Assembly (NCBI GenBank): GCA_003598055.1
Contig: QZKI01000095.1
Coordinates: 11,194 to 75,193, forward strand
Direction: 5' to 3'
Source of the DNA: Candidatus Abyssobacteria bacterium SURF_17
GTDB lineage: Bacteria; Abyssobacteria; SURF-5
Length of the DNA: 64,000 bases
The notes beneath the pieces are model-generated. The model saw only the letters and a list, made by a program, of their open reading frames with translations. It searched no databases and was not told the DNA's origin. A program made the translations under genes and the position numbers. Positions 20,510 to 29,799 of this stretch are shown here, piece after piece (positions within the stretch are counted from its first letter, which is position 1; the number at the start of each line of letters is the position of its first letter).

Positions 20510-22267
20510 CTATTTGCTCTCCGCCCACTTCAGAGTTGGAACGGCTTGCACCGAGACCGATTCAATTCCTTTCATGGGGAATATCTTTGTTTTCCCGGTT
20601 CCGTCAAGGTTTATCCGCCATATCGTCCACTCTTTCGTCAGCTTGTTCCTCTTTGTGTAATAAATGAACTCGCCGGCGCCATTAAGTCCCTCTCTGGTGA
20701 AACCGCCTTCCGCTAGTTTTGTTATCTTCTTTGTCTCGAGCGAGAATGTGTAGATTTCGCATTCGGATGTCCCATAGACAATATCTTCCCCGTCTAGCGT
20801 CCAGACAGGGTACGAACCCATGGAACCCACTTCAAACTCTCGACGCTCTCCGCTCGACAAATCATATACACCAAGAAGACATTCGTCCTTGGTATAGGCC
20901 AACTTGTCCTCGTTGGGTGAAAGAATCAGACTGTTGAATGTTGGGTCCAATTCAAATCTGAGAACGAGTTCGCTTCTGCCAGAGGCCTCTATGGTTGTTC
21001 GATATAGTCCCTCGGTTTGCTTGTCATCACCGAAACAGTCCCAATAGTAGACCCGGCTACCCTTTGAGAAGTGCCAAATCGGGTGATTGCGGCTAGTTAA
21101 GGACTCACAGAAATTGTCCTTGGCCACCGCAATTATTTTGTTCTGCGCGAGGTCAATTACTTGTATTTCAAGAGCACTCGGCAAGGCATAATGCCTAATG
21201 AAGCCTATCTTGCCTGTGTCAGGTGACCATTGAGGAGACTGGTTGAACGCGTTGAAGCTCTTTGTCCAAACGCTCAGGTCACTGCCGTCGTCCTTTATCG
21301 TGCATATGTTGAATCCTCTGGCAGTGATATTCTGGAATGCGATCAGGTCACCACGGGGTGACCATGCCGGTCTATAGCAACTTCCTGGAATCTGTACCTT
21401 CGTAAGCTTGTTGCTTGTAGTATCGAGGATCCATAAGTCCGTATCAAACTTGCCTTCGGATACAGACCCCCAGCAAAGAGCTAGCTTTTTCCCGTCCGGA
21501 CTGGGGGTTAAACCCCTAATCCCGGTGACTTCAGATCCGCTTAAAGGTCGGTCCTCGAACCAATCAGAACCGAGATAGTAGACATACGGCGTGCCATTCT
21601 CGTCCGCAGTCTTAAAAAAAGATTCCCACTTTTCCGCTTCGTACCCACACTCCGGGCAATCGATGCCGCATTCTTTCAACGTTGAAACTACAAACTGCTT
21701 TGAAATCTCTGGTCCGCCTCGCAACACTTCGAGTATCTGGCTCACGATTTCAGCGCTTCGCGAACTCCATTCATACATGCTTTGTTCAGTCAGATAGCTG
21801 GGCTTTTTCTCGCCTGAAACAATACTCGCAAGTTCTCGCACGGGGGAATAGTGGTAATATATTGCGAGTATGACCGCAGCGGAGATTCGCTTCTGAGGAT
21901 CGTCGTCGCTGAGTTTTGATTTCAGGATTTCAAGAATATCTTTGTCGTATCCCCGCGAAGACAAGATAGTCATAATGGTGCTGTATACCTTGGATGAGTA
22001 TTCATACTTTGTGATATCCATCTCGTTCAATTGTTCGAGGAGAAATGGATTGATTTGAGGTCCCATAGCATAGAGCTTTTGTGCCATTGCCGTGATCTCT
22101 TGCCCGTTACCTATATGCTCCAGCAATCTGTCAACCTCTTCGGCAGTTGTGCTGCTCACTCCTTCGCAGTATGCGATAGACGGAGGCAAGAGAGGCAACA
22201 GACCAAGAGAGACGTACAGGCAGGCAGATAAACGGAGAAGTTTCTTAGGCATTCGATGCATGCCCAT
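20510..22267 (-). CDS. Secreted protein with a HEAT-like helical region and TolB-like (PD40) beta-propeller
   Basis: Signal-peptide-like N-terminus; SPDGKKLA, PAWSPRG, PQWSPD and PVWTLDG repeats; AGGAGG RBS before ATG 22267. Confidence 0.75.
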   Translation of the reverse strand: MGMHRMPKKLLRLSACLYVSLGLLPLLPPSIAYCEGVSSTTAEEVDRLLEHIGNGQEITAMAQKLYAMGPQINPFLLEQLNEMDITKYEYSSKVYSTIMTILSSRGYDKDILEILKSKLSDDDPQKRISAAVILAIYYHYSPVRELASIVSGEKKPSYLTEQSMYEWSSRSAEIVSQILEVLRGGPEISKQFVVSTLKECGIDCPECGYEAEKWESFFKTADENGTPYVYYLGSDWFEDRPLSGSEVTGIRGLTPSPDGKKLALCWGSVSEGKFDTDLWILDTTSNKLTKVQIPGSCYRPAWSPRGDLIAFQNITARGFNICTIKDDGSDLSVWTKSFNAFNQSPQWSPDTGKIGFIRHYALPSALEIQVIDLAQNKIIAVAKDNFCESLTSRNHPIWHFSKGSRVYYWDCFGDDKQTEGLYRTTIEASGRSELVLRFELDPTFNSLILSPNEDKLAYTKDECLLGVYDLSSGERREFEVGSMGSYPVWTLDGEDIVYGTSECEIYTFSLETKKITKLAEGGFTREGLNGAGEFIYYTKRNKLTKEWTIWRINLDGTGKTKIFPMKGIESVSVQAVPTLKWAESK

Positions 22268-22335
22268 CGAATTTCCCCTCCTAACTTTAGGCAAGTCGTC
22301 GCGGAGCCACCGACATCCCTATTCTATCTGCAGTG

Positions 22336-23361
22336 CTATCCGTGTTGCTTCACAAAGTCCTTATAGAGCGAAAGACCTTCCTTGAGCAGATCAGGAATCG
22401 GGAGGTCGTATGGACATTTTTCCACACATTCCTGGCATTCTTCACAGTTCTCGACGGTTTGCATCGGGCCCTCGGCCATCGCGATTGCAGCCATCGGCGC
22501 AAGCCTCCGTGAGAACGACCGGAATCCGAGCACGTTAGGTATCATCACGCCTTTCTCGCAGGGCATGCAGTATTCGCATCGATGGCAGAACTTTGTTCCC
22601 AGCTCTGCTCGTATTCTCTCAATCTCTTTCCGGTCGGCTTCAGCAAGCGGCTTTGGCGAACGGTACAGCGCGACGATTTCATCAAGCTCCTTCTTTGCCT
22701 GAATGCCGGGAATCGGGATTACATTCGGATACTGCTGCAGGAACCCGAAGCACAAGTCCGCACGTTCGAGCAGGCCGCCGCCAAGCGGTTTCATCGCAAT
22801 GATTCCCATGTTCATCTCTTCAGCGACTTTGAAGAGTTCATCGGCGGGGTCGCGCTCGATGAAATTGAACGGAAACTGCACGGTCGCGAAGAGACCGGTC
22901 CGGCAGGCTTTGATTGCAGTCGGGATGTGGTGCGAGCTGAATCCGATGAACGCGATTCTTCCGTCGTCGCGAGCCTTCTTTACCGCTTCATAGGCGCCCC
23001 CGGGGGCGAGAACCGTATCAAGCGCCGCTTCGTTGATGAGATTATGCAGCTGATAGAGCTCGATGCGGCTCGTCTTAAGATTCTCAAGGCTGTAATTGAC
23101 ATGTTCGGCGGCAGTCTCGGCGTCCCGCGCGAGCGTCTTTGTGGCGAATACGACCTTATCGCGCACCGATTCGAGCGCGGTACCTATCTTCTTCTCACTG
23201 TCACCGTACACGTTCGCCGTGTCGAAGAATGTTATTCCGCCCTCGAAGCAGTGGCGCACGACATGTACCGCGTCGTCGAACACGAGCCGAATTATCGGAA
23301 TTCCTCCAAATCCCAGCGCCGAAACCCGCAGCCCCGTTTTCCCTAACGTTGTAACTCTCAT
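22336..23361 (-). CDS. Aldo/keto reductase with C-terminal 4Fe-4S dicluster
   Basis: LGKTGLRVS, FDTANVY, IAMKPLGGG, CHRCEYCMPC and CEECQECVEKCP motifs. Confidence 0.93.
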   Translation of the reverse strand: MRVTTLGKTGLRVSALGFGGIPIIRLVFDDAVHVVRHCFEGGITFFDTANVYGDSEKKIGTALESVRDKVVFATKTLARDAETAAEHVNYSLENLKTSRIELYQLHNLINEAALDTVLAPGGAYEAVKKARDDGRIAFIGFSSHHIPTAIKACRTGLFATVQFPFNFIERDPADELFKVAEEMNMGIIAMKPLGGGLLERADLCFGFLQQYPNVIPIPGIQAKKELDEIVALYRSPKPLAEADRKEIERIRAELGTKFCHRCEYCMPCEKGVMIPNVLGFRSFSRRLAPMAAIAMAEGPMQTVENCEECQECVEKCPYDLPIPDLLKEGLSLYKDFVKQHG

Positions 23362-23510
23362 TTGATTCCTCCGGACTCATACAGATAGCTCCATTGATTT
23401 GATTCGTCCCATTATATCAATAATCCGGCCAACTCACCATAGCGAGAGCAATGGGTCAGATCCCTGTTTCTGAAACCGCATGAGGCAAGTAAGCAATTGC
23501 AGCTACTACC

Positions 23511-23656
23511 TTGCAAAAATTCGCGTTATATCTTCCCGAGCTCAAATCCCCCTCACTCCCCATTTTTAAAAAGGGGGAGGCGGCTGTTTCCCCCCCTTTA
23601 GCAAAGGGGGGAAGGGGGATTTCCCTTACCATGAATTGTAACGCGAATTTCCGCAA
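23511..23656. mobile_element. MITE-like element with 20-bp terminal inverted repeats and internal C/G-run hairpins
   Basis: TTGCAAAAATTCGCGTTATA ... TGTAACGCGAATTTCCGCAA (17/20 match); internal CCCCCCTTTAGCAAAGGGGGG. Confidence 0.55.
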
Positions 23657-23783
23657 CGGAGCACTGGAAATGGGGCGCAGTTCCTATTTCGGCCTGAGCC
23701 AGATCAGGACTCATCAAAGGGTAGCGTGAGGCTTTATCGTGTGGCAAGAAATGTGGAGCCGACGTTGGGTCGTGGAAGCACGT

Positions 23784-24371
23784 TCACAACCTTCTTGCTC
23801 TTATAATAACCATGGCAAGCAATCCGCCGATGAGGTCCGACACAAGGTCAAGTGATGTGTTCGTGTAGCCGCCTACTCCCGTTTCGGGAACAAGCACGGT
23901 CGCCATGAACTCGACAATCTCATTGAACGCGCCGACACCGAGTCCGGCCATTACAACGACGATAGAGAGCGCTGTCCACTTTTTGATGTCCGGCCTGAGG
24001 AGAGGTTTCAGAACAAAATACATCACAAGCGTTGCCACGCCGAACCCGACGATATGGACAAATTGGTCATACCGGAAAATCTCATACTCATTCGAGATAG
24101 GAATAAGTATTATCTCATACAGCTTGGTTCCCCCTATGTACAACCCGCCGCCCGACATGTGCAGAAGCGCCCACGTAGTTAATCCCCACAAAACACTGTT
24201 CGGATAGTTCACCCTCTCATTTGTAGCGAGAATCACGAAAAGGAAGAAAATGATGACGCCGATGTACATCAAGAACTCATAGTTCTTCCTTGATAGGAAT
24301 ATGATTGCGAAAATGACGAGCATGACGATGTTGATGATCAAAATGGGAAGTTGACCCTTCTTAATGGTCAC
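23784..24371 (-). CDS. DUF2238-like inner membrane protein
   Basis: LLHMSGG, YDQFVH, GAFNEIVEF and NTSLDLVSD motifs; GTG start after AAGGAG. Confidence 0.75.
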   Translation of the reverse strand: MTIKKGQLPILIINIVMLVIFAIIFLSRKNYEFLMYIGVIIFFLFVILATNERVNYPNSVLWGLTTWALLHMSGGGLYIGGTKLYEIILIPISNEYEIFRYDQFVHIVGFGVATLVMYFVLKPLLRPDIKKWTALSIVVVMAGLGVGAFNEIVEFMATVLVPETGVGGYTNTSLDLVSDLIGGLLAMVIIRARRL

Positions 24372-24514
24372 GATATCTCCTTCTCGGTGCTCGCAGAGAC
24401 TCATCACACCGGTCAACCGGTGTTCGCGATGAAAAGTTTCCAACTTCCAAAAAGAATAGCTTGTAGCAATAATAATAAACCCACTGCCACAAGCCTGCAC
24501 TTCCAAGCGAAAGG

Positions 24515-24588
24515 TGGGCCCAGTAGGACTTGAACCTACGACCCGCTGATTATGAGTCAGCTGCTCTAACCAACTGAGCTATGGGCCC
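24515..24588 (-). tRNA. tRNA with CAT anticodon, most likely tRNA-Ile2 (lysidine)
   Basis: GGGCCCATAGCTCAGTTGGTTAGAGCAGCTGACTCATAATCAGCGGGTCGTAGGTTCAAGTCCTACTGGGCCCA folds as a cloverleaf; lacks initiator features; followed by CCT, so CCA is not fully encoded. Confidence 0.93.
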
Positions 24589-24597
24589 GCATCAACA

Positions 24598-24626
24598 ATT
24601 TTATTATGTATGCGCTTATTTGTCAA
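24598..24626 (-). promoter_or_regulatory. Sigma70 promoter of the tRNA
   Basis: TTGACA-N17-TAAAAT, with the -10 box ending about 10 nt before the tRNA 5' end. Confidence 0.75.
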
Positions 24627-24698
24627 CCACTGTTGAGCGCGGCATAGATGCGACCACAACTTGTCGAGGCAAAAGACTTTGACAAGTTAAGGGAGGAC

Positions 24699-24776
24699 TT
24701 AACCACAAAGGCACAAAGACACAAAGGAAGAACATATGAAACGAATGTCTCTGTGTCTTTGTGCCTTTGTGGTTAA
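24699..24776. repeat. Inverted repeat made of CACAAAG units
   Basis: TTAACCACAAAGGCACAAAGACACA ... TGTGTCTTTGTGCCTTTGTGGTTAA (25-bp perfect arms). Confidence 0.8.
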
Positions 24777-24851
24777 AATCCCCTTATTTTCTCCTTGCGT
24801 ATTTGCGACGCGAATGGGAACTCGGCTTTCGGCGCTTGAAGCTTTTCCCAC

Positions 24852-25397
24852 TCACAGCAGAGAACCCATTTCCTGGACGAGTTTCTGACTGTTCGCGAAC
24901 GCCTTGCCGCCGTCCTCCGACTCCTTCTTCTTGAATTCATCCAGGAGGTATTTTTGGTCGTCCTTGGAGAGTTCTTTATCAACCATGGGATAGAAGATGT
25001 GGTCTTCCCGGTGGATATGGTGACGGAGCAGGGCGACATATGCCGCGAGGTTTTCCATCAGGATGAGAGTCTTAGCATCCTCTCCTTTTGCATATGCATC
25101 GATTGAGTTCGCGATCTCGTTGACGATGCCGCGGCCCCTCTCATGCTGATACCTCAAGGCGTCGATCTGGGCGTCGAGCGCACCCTTTTTCTTTTGCGCC
25201 AGGCGCGCAAACATCAGGTATTCCTCTTTGAAATGATGAAACTTATCCGAGAATGCCCGGGAGAACTCGACCGCCTTGTCGAAAAATTGCCTGGGTGGTT
25301 TCTCGCCGGTCTCGAGCTTTTCGACGGCGAGATGCATGTTGTCCAGCGCCTGCCGAATCAATCCGTGTTCCTTCGTCAACATTTCTGTGGGCTTCAT
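24852..25397 (-). CDS. Hemerythrin (HHE) domain protein
   Basis: EH, HHFKEE, QHERGR and HIHRED motifs. Confidence 0.9.
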   Translation of the reverse strand: MKPTEMLTKEHGLIRQALDNMHLAVEKLETGEKPPRQFFDKAVEFSRAFSDKFHHFKEEYLMFARLAQKKKGALDAQIDALRYQHERGRGIVNEIANSIDAYAKGEDAKTLILMENLAAYVALLRHHIHREDHIFYPMVDKELSKDDQKYLLDEFKKKESEDGGKAFANSQKLVQEMGSLL

Positions 25398-25546
25398 GGT
25401 GAAATTATCCTCCTTTCGGATACTGCCTTTAGTTATATTTTAACTTTAACCCCGTAACTCAGTGAAGGCAAGGCATCGGCGAACGGTGCCAGCAGGATTG
25501 AAACAGGCAATGAGCTTGGTTGGAAAGGCCGGGATTTTATGGAAAG

Positions 25547-26803
25547 CTACACTGAGGGCTTGCCGCCAAACTTTCGTTGCTCGAGCATGTCCATGAAGGC
25601 GTCCAGCCGGTTCTTCACCTGAGCATCGTTCCAGTTGCGGACGTCCATGTGGTCGGCCTCGAATACCACGCTCGGCACCTCGAGGGTTTCCATGAGCGCG
25701 CGTTTCAGGTCCATCTGGCCGAGTGATATGGGCTTACAGCTCTTGTTCGAATGCAGGATTGCGCCGTCTATCTTGTATTTGCGGCAGGCATCGAGCACCA
25801 GGTCAATCCGTTTCTTCAGCGAAACGTTTGAGACGAGCGGGAACGAGAGCATGCTCTTACGCACAAGGCTTTCGATGGGCTTGTCCGGGTCGAGGCGGAT
25901 GGACCACGCGGCAGAATAGGTTTCTGCCACCACGACGGCTCCGAATTTCTCGAAATAATTGAACAATCCCATGTTGTACCACAGCGGGATGTTGTCCCAG
26001 AACAGCCGGAAGCGTTCTTCGGGAATGCAGCCAATGCCATTCTCGGTGCGCTCCTTGACCTCATGCTTGAATTTTTCAAGGAAGTCGACCGCCTCTTGCG
26101 TGCCCGGCAACACGACCATCACGAACATCACGCCGATTTCCGCGGCGCTGAACGGCGTGGGCACAAACCGGCGGTAGTCCATTATCTCGTCCCACAGTTC
26201 ACAGGCGCGGTCGGAGAGCCTGACCACTTCCGTCAGCCGGTCCAAGTCGAGTTTTTTTCCCGAAAGTTCCTCGAGCCAATGAATGAAATGCCAGAACCGC
26301 TCGGTCGCGAAGGAGATGACCTCATCCGTAATGTCCTCAGGTGGTATCTGTGGCCCATCCGCTATGTAGGTAGGCACTTTAAAGTGCTCGCCAAAGGCCT
26401 GAAATATCTTCATGGCGGGAATGCAGCCTCCGCCGAATGCGACAATCAAGTCCGGCGCCGGCAGGCCGCCAAGCGGCTGGTCGGGCTTCTTCATGCCTTC
26501 ATGGATGTAGCCGATGGCGTTGCGGAGGTATCCGCAGAGGTCGCGCGAGTAGCCCATCCGCTCGGCCGCCTCCATGCACTCGGGCGCAAGACCTGTCGCT
26601 GCACATACGGGAGACCAGTTCTCGGGCATCACCGGCACGATATCCATCGCGCGGAATACCTCGATTGCGCCGTTCATGGGCGGCATCCAGCCAACGAGTT
26701 TTCCGTTCGTTCTTGCGGCGTGGGCCTCAGCGAAATACTGGGGAACAAGCCGCCAGAGTTCCTTCGAGATTTGTAGCCTTTTTTTGGAGCTTGCTGCTTT
26801 CAT
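25547..26803 (-). CDS. 2-hydroxyacyl-CoA dehydratase family subunit (HgdA/FldB/BcrB-like)
   Basis: PENWS, SRDLCGY, HSNKSCK and EADHMD...RLDAF motifs. Confidence 0.88.
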   Translation of the reverse strand: MKAASSKKRLQISKELWRLVPQYFAEAHAARTNGKLVGWMPPMNGAIEVFRAMDIVPVMPENWSPVCAATGLAPECMEAAERMGYSRDLCGYLRNAIGYIHEGMKKPDQPLGGLPAPDLIVAFGGGCIPAMKIFQAFGEHFKVPTYIADGPQIPPEDITDEVISFATERFWHFIHWLEELSGKKLDLDRLTEVVRLSDRACELWDEIMDYRRFVPTPFSAAEIGVMFVMVVLPGTQEAVDFLEKFKHEVKERTENGIGCIPEERFRLFWDNIPLWYNMGLFNYFEKFGAVVVAETYSAAWSIRLDPDKPIESLVRKSMLSFPLVSNVSLKKRIDLVLDACRKYKIDGAILHSNKSCKPISLGQMDLKRALMETLEVPSVVFEADHMDVRNWNDAQVKNRLDAFMDMLEQRKFGGKPSV

Positions 26804-26811
26804 AACAACCG

Positions 26812-26860
26812 GTTTACAGTTTACGGTCTACGGTTACAATTGCATAACGTGAACGGCGGA
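26812..26860. repeat. Short degenerate heptamer repeat with inverted arm
   Basis: GTTTACA GTTTACG GTCTACG GTTACA ... CGTGAAC; related to CTGTGAACCGTGAAC near 50695. Confidence 0.45.
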
Positions 26861-26888
26861 CCATGTACTGCCTAACCAAAGCTTCCCG

Positions 26889-28508
26889 CTATTTCGTTGA
26901 TACCCGCGCGCGTTCCTCGGTGAAGATGTTTCCCTTATCGGTATTAAACCGTTCGATGAGGAACCGTTCTTGCGGTTTCTCGGAAATGGTCTTCGGAATC
27001 TCGTCGAGCACTTGAACGTAGCTCGGCACGAAGTTGGCCTCGAGTTCTTTTCGACATTTTTCGAATATTGAGGTCACGTTCAAGGTTGCGCGGTTGAACG
27101 GCACGATGGCTGCAACAACATCGCTTTCGCCCGGCGCCCCGCTCGCGGCGGGCACCCCGTAAATGGCGACTTCGCTCACGTCGGGGTGTTCGGCCACTAC
27201 CTTCTCCACAAAGTCGGGATGCACGAAATCGCCGTTGTGCCTGAGACCGCCGCCTTTTCGGTAATCAAAGAAAAGCCAGCCTTTCTCATCCGTGTGCCCC
27301 ATATCTCCGCTGCGCAGCCAGCCACCCCGCACTTTTTTCTTTGAGGCATCAGGGTTCTTGTAGTATTCCACCTGAGCAGCCTCGCCCGTCGCGGGTCGCG
27401 AGACAAGCTCTCCAATCACGTGCGGAGGACACTCATTGTCGTTATCATCCACGATTTTCATCTCAAGCAGGCCCGGGATCGGTTTGCCGAATGAACCGAC
27501 TGGTCCGACTCCGAGCGGCTTGAAAGCAAGGCCTCCCTCGACCGCCCCATACCACTCGAGTATTTTTACATTGAACCGCTTCTCGAACGCTTCCCAAATA
27601 GCGCGCGGCATCCCGGCGCTTACGACCATTCTTACCGGGTTATCCGCATCGTTGGGTTTCGGTGGCTCACTGTAAATGGCGGTCGCCATTCCCCCGAGCA
27701 CGGAAAACGTCGTGCAACCGAATTTGCGGCATACGTCCCACAGGCGGCTCTTCGTGAATCGTTCGCTCAAAACGACTAACCGCTCGAGCACGAGTCCGGG
27801 CATGACAGTCACCGCCTGTGCGTTCCCGTGTGTGAGCGACAGGCCTGTATACAGTATTTCATCCTCCTGATAACCCCACACCATCTGCCCGAGCAGCGCG
27901 TACATAGCCACCCTGTTGTTCGTGCACACAACGCCCTTTGGGTCACCCGTCGTTCCCGATGTATAGATAATTTCGAGCGGGTGCAGCGGGTCCTCGATGT
28001 GGTTTCCGATGGATGCATCCGGCCCTTCAAGCACCTCATTCGTCGTCGAATATTTCGATTTCGCGACGCTCTCTTCCCACGGCATATAGGTCACGTATAC
28101 CGCCTTCACGGAAGGAACGTCGGAGATGATTTCCTCCAGGGTTGGAAGCAAATCGGTTGTAATAAGGACGAGCTTGGTTTCCGAGTTGTTCAGGTAATAT
28201 TTCAGTTTATCGCCCTTGGTCCGCGGGTCGATCGGAACCGAAATCGCGCCGAGCATGGTGCCTGCAGTCATGCCGTAAAGGAATTCCGGATGATTCCGCA
28301 TCAGAATCGCAAATTTGTCGCTCTTTCCAATGCCTTCCCTGCGGAGCATTGCGGCGAATTTGTTCGAGTTCCGCCACACGTCTGCATATGTCAAGTGAAT
28401 GTCGGGATTCTGGTTGCGCTCGAATATGAGGCACTTCTTGTCCGGCACCGATTCGGCTTTCGTCTGCATTATGTGTCCGAGTATCATGGTATTCAGTTCG
28501 ACTGCCAT
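26889..28508 (-). CDS. AMP-binding acyl-CoA ligase (CaiC-like)
   Basis: YTSGTTGDPKG, YGAVEG, GWLRSGD and IPKTISEK motifs. Confidence 0.92.
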   Translation of the reverse strand: MAVELNTMILGHIMQTKAESVPDKKCLIFERNQNPDIHLTYADVWRNSNKFAAMLRREGIGKSDKFAILMRNHPEFLYGMTAGTMLGAISVPIDPRTKGDKLKYYLNNSETKLVLITTDLLPTLEEIISDVPSVKAVYVTYMPWEESVAKSKYSTTNEVLEGPDASIGNHIEDPLHPLEIIYTSGTTGDPKGVVCTNNRVAMYALLGQMVWGYQEDEILYTGLSLTHGNAQAVTVMPGLVLERLVVLSERFTKSRLWDVCRKFGCTTFSVLGGMATAIYSEPPKPNDADNPVRMVVSAGMPRAIWEAFEKRFNVKILEWYGAVEGGLAFKPLGVGPVGSFGKPIPGLLEMKIVDDNDNECPPHVIGELVSRPATGEAAQVEYYKNPDASKKKVRGGWLRSGDMGHTDEKGWLFFDYRKGGGLRHNGDFVHPDFVEKVVAEHPDVSEVAIYGVPAASGAPGESDVVAAIVPFNRATLNVTSIFEKCRKELEANFVPSYVQVLDEIPKTISEKPQERFLIERFNTDKGNIFTEERARVSTK

Positions 28509-28611
28509 AGGTTACACCCCCGCTTTGTCAGTCGGTTTTAAGAGGGCAATACGGAAGGATGGAAACAGATGCTTCACCCGATTCAATACTAGCAAACGCG
28601 CAAAGGAAAAG

Positions 28612-29685
28612 TCAATCATCGACGAGACAGAACGCAGCCAAAAACCCTTCGGCCTGTCTGATCAGCCGTCGCCGATGAGGCATCTCGAGCCAGCCGTTGC
28701 GGGCGATTCTCAGCAGGCCAATTGCGGTGAAGAATGCTTCGCGTGTGGGGTCGAGCGGTTGGCAAGCGTATCCGTTGTATGTGTGACGGAAAACGCTGGC
28801 GAGTTCACCCGCCGTTGCGGGGTCTCCATACTGTTTGCTCAAGTGAATCACATCGGCGACGAGGAAGCCAGCGTCCACGTGTGGGTCGCCGTTTCCGGCG
28901 CGCTCGAGGTCTATGGCGACTGCAAAACCCGAAGGTTGGATGATGAAATTGCTCGGGTTTGCGTCTCCGTGAATGAGGCGGCAGTGACTAATCGACAATG
29001 CGCTCTGAGCACGGCTGACCAGGCGAGCCAGCCGATTGAGCTTCTTCTCCTCAATCACACTTCCCGCTCGCAAGGCATCGAGAATGCTTTGTGGATACGA
29101 ATCAGAGCTTGAACGCGAGACGTCGATGGCAGCATGCCTGACGCGATGGATGCGCGCGAGACACCGTGCCGCCGCCATCAAAGGAGCGGTCAAACACTCC
29201 GCCGCAGACGTCTTGGCCAGCATCTTCTTGATAAGGGTCGCGAGGTCTATCCCCTCGATATATTCCAGAGCTATGGCCGGAGGCGGCTGGATTCTCGCAG
29301 AGAGTATTCGCGCAGTCCTGTCCGCCGACGTGCAGAGCCCGAGTCTCTCGAACAGCGTCAGCCTTTCACTTTCATGCCGCGCCCGCATGCATGCGGTGGC
29401 CTCATCGCATTCGGGGTCGCGCCAGTATTCCTTTACGACACACGTCATGCTGCCGCCGTCGAACTCGTAGAGCGCCGTCCTCCTCGAGGGAGAGAGACGT
29501 TTCCGGGATAACATGATTGGAGGTACGGATCGGGGGGCATGTCTCAGTAGGTCGAGTTGCCTAACCCATTGCGTGATTACAGGGTGGATTTCCGTTGAAC
29601 CCGGCTCGTTGCTTGAAACCGTTTGCCACAGGACGGTCTCAGCCTGAGTGGTCACTGGCATTCTGTCCATGCCGAATGCGGCCAT
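28612..29685 (-). CDS. Aminoglycoside phosphotransferase (APH)-like kinase
   Basis: VVKEY, LEYIEG, IHGDANPSNF and IDLE motifs; start uncertain. Confidence 0.78.
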   Translation of the reverse strand: MAAFGMDRMPVTTQAETVLWQTVSSNEPGSTEIHPVITQWVRQLDLLRHAPRSVPPIMLSRKRLSPSRRTALYEFDGGSMTCVVKEYWRDPECDEATACMRARHESERLTLFERLGLCTSADRTARILSARIQPPPAIALEYIEGIDLATLIKKMLAKTSAAECLTAPLMAAARCLARIHRVRHAAIDVSRSSSDSYPQSILDALRAGSVIEEKKLNRLARLVSRAQSALSISHCRLIHGDANPSNFIIQPSGFAVAIDLERAGNGDPHVDAGFLVADVIHLSKQYGDPATAGELASVFRHTYNGYACQPLDPTREAFFTAIGLLRIARNGWLEMPHRRRLIRQAEGFLAAFCLVDD

Positions 29686-29712
29686 AGGCGGTCAACCGTT
29701 GTTCACATTTCC

Positions 29713-29738
29713 GTGGGGGCGAACCTCGTGTTCGCCCC
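29713..29738. repeat. REP-like hairpin
   Basis: GTGGGGGCGAACCTCGTGTTCGCCCC. Confidence 0.65.
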
Positions 29739-29799
29739 TTGTCCGGGTCCCGAACGGACAACTTTGTATCCCCGATCGATTTCTTGGGTTCATTCAGAC

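Noticed and set aside
23400-24515. tRNA-anchored genomic island
   Set aside because: No integrase, and I noticed no duplicated tRNA 3' end in the window.
26252-26258. Other A7/T7 runs in coding regions (also near 1172)
   Set aside because: Shorter, not at evident domain boundaries, and expected by chance in Lys-Lys codons.
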